NCBI GenBank assembly: GCA_950097015.1
Contig: CATNEN010000003.1
Location: 8,308,001-8,372,000 of the forward strand
Length of the DNA: 64,000 bases
Direction of reading: 5' to 3'
DNA from: Macrostomum hystrix
Lineage: Eukaryota; Animalia; Platyhelminthes
Shown in pieces: positions 44,701 to 55,625 of the stretch. The notes under the pieces were generated by a model. The model ran no database searches, had not been told where the DNA came from, and worked only from the letters and a program-made list of their open reading frames with translations. A program made the translations under genes and the position numbers. Each line of letters opens with the position of its first letter. The first letter of the stretch is position 1.

Positions 44701-45205
44701 AATCGAATTCTTGCTGCTCTTCATGCTCAACAGCGCCTGCCGCAGCCGAAGGTGCCGAAGCACCTGTCGAAAAGTCTGGCTGCCAGCTATCAGTCACTTC
44801 ACCAATTGAGGCATCGCATTCAATTGAAGCTGACTCTGTTAGCTCGGCAGCAGGTTGAGACTGAGCTGAGTCGACTTCTGTTAAAACTGGTTCTACTGAC
44901 TCGCTATCAATTTCTGCTGCTGAATTGAGATTGGAGCCAGAAACAGAGGTCACAGGAGCAGGCTCCACAACTAGCCCATTAGAAACTGGTGCTGACATGC
45001 CAGGAGTTTCAGCACCAGCATCCATTGGGGTAATGGCATGATCTGGATTAGATTGGGCATTATCAATCACTTGAAAATCGGAATCAATTGAAATGTCAGC
45101 ATTTTTAGACATAACTTCATTGGCGTCATTTTCTGATGAATCTGGCACTGCAGAGCTGTTATTCTCCATGTTGCATCCACTTGAATTTTGCAAAGCATCA
45201 TCCAT
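41718..45205 (-). CDS. ATF7IP: ATF7IP/MCAF1/Windei-like SETDB1 cofactor, 2 coding exons
   Basis: Exons 45205-43351 and 42196-41718. Acidic N-terminus, coiled coil, two SUMO-interacting IDLT..DDE motifs and a C-terminal FN3 (WAKVGDVKALPLPMSCSLTQ...FHFAVRALDVYNRYG). Confidence 0.88.
42408..43160. repeat. Minisatellite, 41-bp unit TGTAGATTGAGATGCCTAGACATTCTTATCCCTAACTCAAC
   Basis: Period 41, ~18 copies, with a distinct variant block at the right end. Confidence 0.95.
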
Positions 45206-47639
45206 GCTATTTACACAGTGCTTAATTAAGTGACTGATAATACTGAAAAAGAAATGAAATTATTAGATTGAATCTGAAATTATTGTTGACAAACTGCTTT
45301 TAAAATAAAAAAATTAAAAGGCAACTTACATAGAAAGCATTAATGAAAGTTAGTTAGAACATCTAGTCTACATATTAAAAAGATCAAAATCTGTATTGTC
45401 ACTTAGTTGTTTTATCTTTTTTTCTCTTTGAAGTCATCTTGAAGACAAATTCAATCAAGGCAAGCTTTAATATGCATTAAATGTGTTTTAATATCTTGAC
45501 AATTGATTCTGCCATTTTCTTTAAATTTAAAATGTTTTGTTTAAATTAACATTGTGCAAAGCCATTTTCTATCATTTAACTTACAATAATTATATAATGC
45601 ATACTTGCGCAATTTAATATTTAACTCTTTAAAAATTATACAATTTAGGTTCTTCTAGTTTCTAGAAAAAGACTTTTAAGTCTTCACTTACATCTTCACC
45701 TAAAAGCAAGAAATAAACTTTGAACACAAATGGCCATCTCCTATATATGCCAGCATTTTATCACATTACAATGCACATTGCATGCAGTCAAATATTTTGC
45801 AATTCATTCTAAAATATGCTTTAACAGAAGTTCAAAGTTTTCTGAATCATAGATTGTGATTGCTGATTGTCAAGCATTCATTTCAATTATTATTAAAAAG
45901 AAACTTTGTGTTTCTAATCAAAATCATCTACTTGTATTTTAATTCTAATGTTGTTGCTTGCTGGAAGACTAAACAAAGAAAAAAGCAAGGAGTCTGGTGC
46001 CTTTCATTACTCAAAAAATTCAATGAAAGCTATCATTGCATTGCATTAGCCTTTCCCATGGTAAGATTTCTTTTAAATGAAAACTTTTTCATTAACATTT
46101 TAAACTAACAGCTACTAATTTGGCCCTAGTAACTCAGTCAACAATTACTAAACAAACACAAGATATAAATAAATGCCTTAGGTTTACCAAATTTTATAGG
46201 CCTATCCACACTTTTTGTGTTATACCTAGCCGATCCAAAAAGTATACCACTACTTAAAATAGACACTTTATATTTAATTCATTTTTTGTTATTTGCATGT
46301 TATTTACGTCAATGTTATTATGATGATAAATATATTTTACACAATTGTACTATTAAGCAAAAAAATTATGTACTCCAAAAAATAATTTGCTTTTAACATT
46401 CATGTGTCTGCTAACAATGTCACTGTTGCTTGCTTTTGTTCATTTGTGTAACTAATAAATTAAGCAGGTGTTATAACAAAGTTGTTTCTGGTAGTCAGTT
46501 CCCACATTAGCTTGATAATAGTGAAATGAGAACAGCATGTTTCTAAAGGCCTCATTGAGTAGGGGCCTAATTGCTATTTATGAAGGTAAACTAAAGAGCT
46601 GCAGAGGCAAAAGACAGTGCACATTGACTTAGACAAGTATTAGAAGCTAGAAAATACAATCTCTAGGGCTCAGACATTTTAGCAAAATGCCAAAAAATGA
46701 TTTAACATAGGGCCTATATAGGCCCTAAACACTGAATGCATTTCAGCAGAAAATACTGAACAAAAAACGTTAGGCCTTGCCTAGTGTTAGGCCTAGTGCC
46801 CAATATTCAAGGAGTTGTCATGACTCATGCACATTGCCCTTGGCATATAATGTAGGCCTAATCTAATATATATATATTATAAACAATATATTTAGTTGTC
46901 AGTTGTGAATACAACAAAGTATCAGTAAAACAGTAAAACTGTGTGAAATATAACAGTGCTAGGCTATAACTATCAATCTTAAATAGGTTTGCAAAACTAT
47001 AACAATAACAGTCCTGTGAGTGTTACCTACCTAGGCCTAATTGGCCTAGGCCTAACCCTAGGCCTAGTAGGCCCTACACCAAACATAAAAAACTTTTACA
47101 CTGTACTGCAAAAAAGAATTATTCCATGTCTTACAATAGTCTTATATAAGTGTTATAACTTCTGTTAGGCCTAGCAAGTAAAATTTAATATTTCAAAAGG
47201 GTTTTCTGAAAATGTATTTTACTGAAATGTAGGCCTATTTCTGTAACGTTTACATTTTACGTAGGTCATATAAATGATGAATTGGCATCAATGACATCAA
47301 TTCTTTAATTTTTGCTCTGTCTCTTTGCTTTGTAAGACAAACCGTAATTCTCTCTTTTATCATCTTAGTCCAAGATTTTGTCAGGCCAGACGACGTCATA
47401 TGTCAGGACGGGATTTCATCAGTTTTGAGAAAAAAAATGGTACTGGCTATTCGTACGTCAGAATCTCTTGTAGTGCATTTCCAAGAAATTATGAAACGAG
47501 TTATAACAAATCTAAAATGTAAACTGCGATGCTTGTAGATTTTTCTTATGAATAAAAACTGTTCGATAATTTTCTGCACGATTAGATGTTAAAATTATAC
47601 GTGTTCGCCAACCCGCGGCAAGCTTCCTCATGGTAAATT

Positions 47640-47684
47640 CAAGGACCACTAGAAGAAGAATAATTCTTCTTCTAGTGGTCCTTG
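47640..47684. mobile_element. 45-bp TIR-only hairpin element with 8-bp TSD (hAT-like)
   Basis: CAAGGACCACTAGAAGAAGAAT-A-ATTCTTCTTCTAGTGGTCCTTG is a perfect 22-bp inverted repeat, flanked on both sides by GGTAAATT. Confidence 0.8.
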
Positions 47685-47920
47685 GGTAAATTATTGGATT
47701 TTTTTCCGGACTGCTGTACAAATAGCCACTTCCTATTTACAAACAAAAAATACATCAAAGGATAAAACACTGTTCTCGTGTAGGGCCTAACCTAAATTAC
47801 AGTAATTATTTTGTCGTTTTGCATCAAAACAAAAGAAAAATACTCTAGTTTTTGTTTTTTTAAGCACTGAAACAAAAAAATCGATTTACATTTGAAATAT
47901 TTTGGGTGTGTATAATCTAT

Positions 47921-49375
47921 GGGTCTGGGCACACTGGGACCTCACTGGGTTTAAAATAATAAAACAAAGGTATATAAGTTCGAAAAATTACTAAAGGTTA
48001 TTCTGATATCGCTAACAGTAAGAACACCCGTGTTGACAGAGATAGGGTCTAAGAAACGGTAATCGAACATGCGCGACGGTTGCCTAATGGGCAAATCAGA
48101 ACATGTTCTTTGTTCCGAGAACATGTTCTTTTTAGTTTATAAGGCTTCGTAATGTAAAAAAATATTAAAATATAAAAAAAGAAAAAATCTCAAAAAAAGT
48201 TGAGAGAAAACTATATTGCTGGCTAGTATGTACGTTAAGTGCTGGTGAACTAGGATATTACTAGACATAGTATGGCCGTTTAACTCTGTCTTGTTTGTTG
48301 ACCTCATGCCAAGGAAGGCATAGTTTTTTCTTCATTATTTTTTCTTCGCCTAACGGTATTTAATATACATTAAGTAGCCTTATTAATTTTAAAGAACATG
48401 TTCTCGGAACAAAGAACATGTTCGGAGTTGCCTATTAGGCGACCGTCGCGCATGTTCAATGTAGCCTAAGAATCGTCAACACGGCTGGTAAGAAAATCAC
48501 TTATAATACAAATTTTCGTATTCTAATTTGTAACCTTGCGCTATTTTTTGCTGACACTTGATTTTGGCGTATTTTTATTTTTTTAGCGTGCCAAAAGCTA
48601 AAGCTGAAACTATGAGGCCGCCATAGCATGTAAAATTTACAACTATTAAATTATGGTTTTCATTTATTTTTCATTAATTTTTTGTACACTAGGCATTTAA
48701 ATTTTTTTATTAAAACATTTGTTTCGAAATGTAACATGTACGTTTTCAATGTTTTTGTCTTAAAGTTTTTTACACACTTAGCATTTCAGCATACTTTATT
48801 TCAATTGTGCGGATATTGCTACATTTTTGTAGTTCTACGGTTCTGTTTTTTTTGTTTTTTTCTTTTCTAACCAGTCGGCAAATATATTCCTATTTGCTGG
48901 GCTCCGCAAATTAGTTTTAACTTTCTAGTCAGCTTTATATGTGTTCCACAGCGTATGTATTATCCTTACTTTTGTTGGTAAATATACGTAATTGGCAGCT
49001 TGTTGGCACGGATTTTTTTCCATGCCCTCTTCTTTAACAGAAACTATTAGAAACAAAAATCATTACAAAGCAAATCATTTTTATAATTTACCAGCAAACA
49101 AGTTGAGTAATTACTACAGCTTTCTCGTTGCTTTTCGAGAAAAAGTAAAGCTTTCAGTTGAAAGCAAATATTTTATCGAAAGGAAGTTGAAAATCGTTTT
49201 TAAAACATTTGAGTTATCAAGTAAAGACGTAGCAATTTTAAATAAACGTTTCTGAAAATAAAAAAATATTTTTCTATTTTTCTCTTCTTGCATTAAACGC
49301 TGATGAAGGTAAAGAAATGTATTTTTTGTTATAATGTTTCAAACCTAGTGGTCCCAGTGTGCCCAATGCGAGCCC
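47921..49375. mobile_element. Non-autonomous DNA transposon with imperfect TIRs (TGGGCACACTGGGACC)
   Basis: GGGTCTGGGCACACTGGGACC at 47921 versus GGTCCCAGTGTGCCCAATGCGAGCCC at 49350-49375. Confidence 0.6.
48028..48484. mobile_element. Nested MITE with ~65-bp inverted repeats
   Basis: 48065-48131 is the near reverse complement of 48391-48457. The outer CCGTGTTGAC/GTCAACACGG is also inverted. Confidence 0.7.
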
Positions 49376-49377
49376 AT

Positions 49378-50630
49378 GGGTTCGTTCGGGTAGCTTAAAA
49401 TGACTTAAAATGAACTTAAACTGCAGTTTAAGTTCATTTTAACCTCTTTAATAAAACAAAAGCTAAACAGACTAAATGTCGAAATAAAGTAAAAAGATTG
49501 AAGCTGAATGGTTAAGTAGAAGAACCGAATAATTAGTCTTTACATTTCCGTCTTGAAATTGTGTAGTTTTGGTATCAGATGTACAGTAGCCGTATGCGCG
49601 CAAATTTGACATGCAAACTTGTACGCGTATTTTATTTAGAATGTGTAGTACACCGGGCAGTCTTCAAATATATTAAGCAAATGTGCGAAAATTAAATTAT
49701 TAAAAGCAGTATACTTAAGTGATAGATAAAAGCCTCTTGATTTAAAAAAATTATTGGCTTCTGGGATTCGAACCCAGTCCGCTCGATTGCGCAGAAAGTA
49801 TCTTATCCATTAGGGGCCTCGGGCCTGAATGAAGCTAGAAATCAAAAGAAAAAACGTACGTGGTTAAAAATACTCATTTAAATGCAAATATCTTTGCTCC
49901 GAAGAAACTTTGAGAGCTGTAACTGAAATCATTCGATGCAAAATTAAAAGACGAATCCAGTGATATATTTCTTAGTAATTAAATAGAAACATTTAATTTC
50001 GACAGAAACATTCTTTTTTATAATTTTACATTTTACTTATTTCTGCACAAAAATCACAAAACTTCTCTTTTTACACTTATGCGCAGTGCACAGAATTTTC
50101 ACTGTTTCAACAAACTAAAACTCGTGTTTTTCAGTACTTCAGGAGAAATAATCTAAAAACTTTTTTGATCCTCTGAATTTCAGTACAACTACACATTTAC
50201 ATCTTCATTGAAACAATGGTCATTGTCTTACTTCGCTTGAACTTTACTTATTGGTTTCTGTAACTACTGAAAATTAAGACCTTAATATAACCACTACATG
50301 ATCAATTGGAAGAATACAAGCGAAGCAAGACAATGAGTTCACACTTATTAAATTAAATGATATTAATATTCAAATTAAACTACGCGAAAGTTCGAAAGTC
50401 AAATTTGTGCGCGTACGGCTACTGTACATCTGATACCAAAACTACACAATTTCAAGACGGAAATGTAAAGACTAATTATTCGGTTATTCTACTTAACCAT
50501 TCAGCTTCAATCTTTTTACTTTATTTCGACATTTAGTCTGTTTAGCTTTTGTTTTATTAAAGAGGTTAAAATGAACTTAAACTGCAGTTTAAGTTCATTT
50601 TAAGTCATTTTAAGCTACCCGAACGCACCC
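49378..50630. mobile_element. PIF/Harbinger-like non-autonomous element with ~230-bp TIRs and 3-bp TSD (CAT)
   Basis: 49378-49610 and 50398-50630 are near-perfect inverted repeats beginning GGGT(T/G)CGTTCG, with CAT on both flanks. Confidence 0.85.
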
Positions 50631-51249
50631 CATGTTTTATACACCCCCTGTTTTATACACCCCCAAATATTTTTATAAAGAACAGAAACCGCTCTGATTC
50701 AGATTCAGTTATCATCTGAAAGTCGAAAATATAAAATTCTTTAAATACAAGCGAGTAACCATTTTAAACTTTTTCGTAAAGTAACATTTGTAAAAAAAGG
50801 ATTATTCTTGGAGTCGCATTTTATTTAGACATCACACAGATCAGAAATTGTCATCTTGACTCTGGACGTAAATCACATAGGCCTAACAAAACATGTTTTT
50901 TAGCTGATATCAAGTTGTCAAAATCAAGTTACAACATTTTTTTAAACATTTCACAGATAAGGAGAAAAATGATTTACTTATTATCTAAATCTTAAAGTCA
51001 TAAAAAGCAAAATCTTTTTCAAGTTGAACTTAGGCCTATTTGTTTTTTAGACTAATGCAACTTTTCTTTGTCATCTTATCACTTACATGTCATTTGTGTT
51101 GATCTGCATCTGTAGTTTTTTATATTTCCTGATTCCTCATCTATAGGGCCTATATTACACTACTTTGTCATTTGCCATAGGCATATACATTGTTACATTT
51201 GACAAGGCTTGTAGACACTTTGCCTTTGTTATCCACATTTTTTAAAATT

Positions 51250-51370
51250 AGGGTTACAATCACTTGGGCGACAAATCACCTCAATGACAGTCATTTTGGC
51301 AACAAGTTATTTTAGCGAATTTACTTTGGCGACAAGTTTTGATCACTTAGGCAACAAAATGATCACTTAA
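51250..51370. mobile_element. MITE-end fragment with ~15-bp TCACTTNGGCGACAA subterminal repeats, truncating the transposase
   Basis: Repeated TCACTT(G/A)GGC(G/A)ACAA motifs. Confidence 0.45.
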
Positions 51371-52128
51371 ATGCGCTGGCCCTTGAACTGAATGCCATTT
51401 GCAAGCAGCTCCTGCATTGCTCCTTAACAAAATCCGAAAGGAGATCCACATGACTTGGTTTGTCTTTGCCGCAGTAAATCACTACAGCAAATGGTTGCAT
51501 AGAGAGTTGACTGCACACACAAAATTGGCCAGAAATGGGTCCTCAAACTAGGCCTACCAAACAATGGCAGCCCATCTGCATTGAAGCTGAGGCTGAGTTT
51601 TTTAACCAATGGACAGTCAGCTTCCGTGGCCTGCTTCAGCAGCTCTAGCAGCTGTAGCACAGTTGACCATTCAGAAGGTTGCGGATAGCTGCAGAGGCAT
51701 TCAGGTTTGCTTGCCGCAAGAGAGTGGACACTGTTGCCGGCAGAGTCGGGTAGCACTTACGTAGTACTCATAGAAGTGACATCATGTGGATTTTTGGTAC
51801 ATTTGACTCCTGGTACCAGGCAATCAAGTCTTCCTCGAGAGTTGTTTCAACCATAATCTCATTCACCAGAGCCTACATCAAATTCTTCTTCAATATCCAG
51901 GCCTTCTTTGTTTTCCACGTCTTCCTCATTATTGATGTCTTCCCTGTAGTCCACGTCGTGCACTTCGTCTTCATCGACCTTGCACTGGCTGTAATCGACA
52001 TGATGGATCACTTCATCTTCAGATGCAAAATGCACAGCACAGTTTCCGTGACTCAAGGCCGAAAGTTCCTGCAGGTCAGATTTAGTTTGCACTTTTGCGA
52101 GGCGCAGGATTTTTCTTCTCAAGCTCAA
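51370..52128 (-). pseudogene. Decayed EnSpm/CACTA-type (animal) transposase, N-terminal part
   Basis: LSFNADGLPLF...HFWPILC matches the N(I/V)DGLPLF..S..Q.WPIL motif of these transposases, followed by ..QELLANGI. The sequence is frameshifted and truncated. Confidence 0.7.
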
Positions 52129-52556
52129 ATGTAGCTAAAATGGATGTGTTTGTTAGATCCTGAAGTTTCAACAAAGTTTTCGTACTTGATGGTAAGTTAG
52201 TATACAAGACCTAATGTCAAATAAAACAATGTAAAATGTGATAATAGAATGTATTGATAGTACGTGTGTGATAATGAATGAGCCCTTTTCTGCATAAGCG
52301 TGCAGCGTATCCATGACAATTAAAAGATTTCCTGATTGCCATTTGCACGCGTGAGTGCAGCATAAGCAAGTATGAGCTGAATAAGGGTTGGGCATAACAA
52401 AATTACTGCATAAAAATGGGTAGCGCAGATATTGTAAAGTAGCGCAGGGGTGCTAAAAAGTGGGGCAACACTACCTACTACACAACATTAATGTTGGAAA
52501 TGTCAAATAAAACTGCTTAAAACAGCAGCCTAAATCTGGTCTGAGCTGGCGTCCAG

Positions 52557-54076
52557 TCATTTGCAAGTCGATGATGTTTGCGCTTTAGCGCGAGCAGGCG
52601 CGTTTGCCAGCCATTTTTTCGTCCTCTCCGCAGCCTTTTTGCCTGAGTCGCCGATGTATGCCATCAGGAAGGAGGTGATGAAAGGAAAAGAACAAAGGCC
52701 GGTTTTTTTCCCACCTTGCTCGTTCTCTTTGCTGCTGCCCTTCCAGTTGAGCTGGCTGCCGAGGCTGAAAGTGAAAATTTCACCCATGATGAGTGAAACG
52801 TGCTGACCCAGCTTGGTTATTGTGAATTTAGGCAGGTGATTGGCGGGTTTCTCGCAATTCTTGGCAACATGCAAAAAGTCGTCCAACTGTTTCAGTTCAT
52901 CTAGCGTTTCCATCGGCAACTTCACCGGCGGAGTAAAGTGCAGAGGCAGCACTCCAATGTCACTAACCTGTAACGAGTTGTATGAAATAATCGAGCAATG
53001 GTGGTTCACTGGATGAATACAAAATTGTTGCTAGGAAAGGTTGATTTTAGGCTTAGAGCCTTGGCTGTATTTATAGTGGATTTGCGACCTCAAAAAATCT
53101 AGAATATTCTAGGGATTGGGGATTTACTATTTAAGGAAAATAGGCCATAGAAATTTCTATAAGGTTAATTATAACCGCACGCTACAAAAACTATGCTAAA
53201 TTTAAAAAGAGACTACAACCCTTTTCCAGGGTGCTCAAAATTGCGTTCGTTTTTGCATCCAGGTTGTTTAACTTGCGCAATATCATGCGTCTGAATGAAA
53301 TTTCATCTAGCTGTTCAGCCAATTGATCCCCATCAGCTGGCAATGACACGGTAGTGCTGATGTTTGTTGTTTGACTTGAAGGACGCTTTAGTCTTGCGCT
53401 ACTCACTGACGCGAGTCAAGGAGTTGTCGGAGTGCTGGTCCTGGCAGCGGGGTTTGTGCACATGGGCCTCACTGATTCATCTGATGAAGTTGATGCATTG
53501 CAGTTGGCAGCTGTATCGAAGCGACCCTCAGAATGTGTGATGTGAAGGCTGTATGTAGCGCTCGGCTGTTGTCATCTGCGTCATCACTGCTGCTGCCAGA
53601 GCTGCTACTGAGAATGGCCTGCTTTCTTTTTGTAGTGGCCCTCGCAGTTCTTTCTTCGAGGGCTCTCAATGCAGATCCTGCCCTAGCTGTTTCTAGAGTG
53701 GAGCCTGCAGTGACTGTTGGAGTTCATTCAGAACTCACAGCAGCTTTCGAGTCATAACCAGCCTGTCTGGCTGACGTTGCTTGTGCTTGCCACTTTGCAC
53801 AAATATGCCATCAGTGTTTGAGTCTGTTTTTGTGATGCTACCAGTATACCTCTTACATTTCTCAAGTGCATCATTATAGACTTCAAAAACTTTTGACTTA
53901 ACTTCAATGGAATATACTAGCCAATTCTCCTTGGGAGGCACCTGATTCCTGGCTGCTGTCCTCAGTTCCTTGTCAGATGGTGGAAATCTGGCTTCAGTAT
54001 GCTCTTCATTCAGCAAGCTAGAAGGTATTGGCTCTACCCATCAATGTGTAACACTATGGACCACAGTAAAGGGCAT
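52557..54076 (-). pseudogene. Transposon accessory gene (DUF4806-like C-terminus), frameshifted and intron-containing
   Basis: N-terminal MPFTVV..VEPIPSSLL..ARFPP..PKENW and C-terminal LPMETLDELKQLDDFL..LNWKG..KK..KKWLANAPAR. Adjacent to and co-oriented with the transposase remnant. Confidence 0.6.
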
Positions 54077-55049
54077 GTGTGCTGCAATAAAATTGATAGC
54101 ATTTAAATATTTGGTTCTATACAATTCATGAATAATTATTGATACCCTTGCAAACATAAAATAAAATAGTTTGAATTGTTACTCAGTAACAATATAATAT
54201 AATATAATCATAGCAATTATATTTCTTCTATTCATGTACTCTACTCTAATAATTGATGAGATGTAAAAACTACTAAGGCACTGTACACATAGTAAAATAT
54301 GTATTAATGATGCAAACAGGATATATTGCATATACAATAAAGGACTATTGCATATAATATGTCACATTTTTTACACTGATACTAATTATTTTGGTTTCCC
54401 CTGTATACATTTCACTGTTATGGGTGCATTCAATACTGTTAATTTATGATTAAGAAACTAATATTTATAATTATAATTATAAACAGTTAAACAGTAGAAA
54501 ATTGACAAATATTTGAATTTAAGTCTATAACAACCTGATGATTCTCGTGACGATTCCGATGATTCAGAAAAATGAACAAAAAATCTTTACATTTATTTTT
54601 ATGCCAGTCGTGTATGCCACACTGTACGCCACACTGTACACAGCCAAGAAATGTACACCAGTGTACGCCACAGAGCTCAAGTGTACGCCAGAAGATTCCA
54701 GCGCAATATGGAATTTATATGCACATAAAATGCTGTACAAATCTTGGTATCTTATATTTATATTTCAACTTTCCAAATCTGAAATTCAGATATCTGAAAA
54801 GTTACTTTTTTCAGATTCAGAATCTGAATTGGAATTGGCCAGTTGGATCCATCAAGCTATATGCTGAAACCTGAATTGTTTCAAATTAAAAGAGACATTG
54901 AAAAATAGAGTACAATTTTTGTTCAACTATACTGAAAAAAAATATGTTAAAACAATAAAATACTAATTTAAATTTAAATTTTCTTGGATAGAATTAGTGA
55001 AAGTATTTGCTCTCCGAAAAGTGAATTTTAAGTCAAATATAATATGTCA

Positions 55050-55278
55050 TACTGAAGACATCTTAGAATTACATTTCTGAAGTGATCCTGAAGTTTTCTT
55101 AGCTAAGTTATCTCAGTATGCTCTCTAGTAAGTGAACTTTAAGATAAATATAATTATTGTCTTACTGAAGACATCTCAGAATAACATTTCTGAAGTGATC
55201 TTGAAATTGACTCAAGACTTCTTGAGACAGTTAAAGACGACTTTAAGATGTCTTGAGATCATTTGCTACTGATCGGGA
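55050..55278. mobile_element. Probable EnSpm-type terminus with AGACATCT subterminal repeats
   Basis: The reverse complement begins CCCGATCAGTAGCAAATGATCTCAAGACATCTT. An ACTGAAGACATCT..GAAT.ACATTTCTGAAGTGATC block is duplicated. Confidence 0.4.
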
Positions 55279-55625
55279 TGCTTTTAAAGTTAGAAAAGTT
55301 TAAATATTAGCTAAATACAAATAGACATTCACCTTCAATTGTAGGCTACTAGCTATAAGCAGACTTCCATAACAATTTGACATTGCATTCAATTGTTTGA
55401 GATTTAAACTTAACTGCCAGATTTTATCCTTTTAATCCTTAAATATTGTGTGTTTGTGGCAGCCTACCCCCAGCAATTGACTTAACAGATATAGCCATTC
55501 AGTGCATAGTCAATTACTGCAGCTCTATCTTTCATATGACTTGACTGGGCTATGCAATATTAATCGAGATCTTATATCTAAATTAGCTAGATTATCACGG
55601 ACTAATTTAACACACCCCTTTCCAG

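Noticed and set aside
44103-44858. 251-aa plus-strand ORF
   Set aside because: Antisense shadow of the acidic ATF7IP exon.
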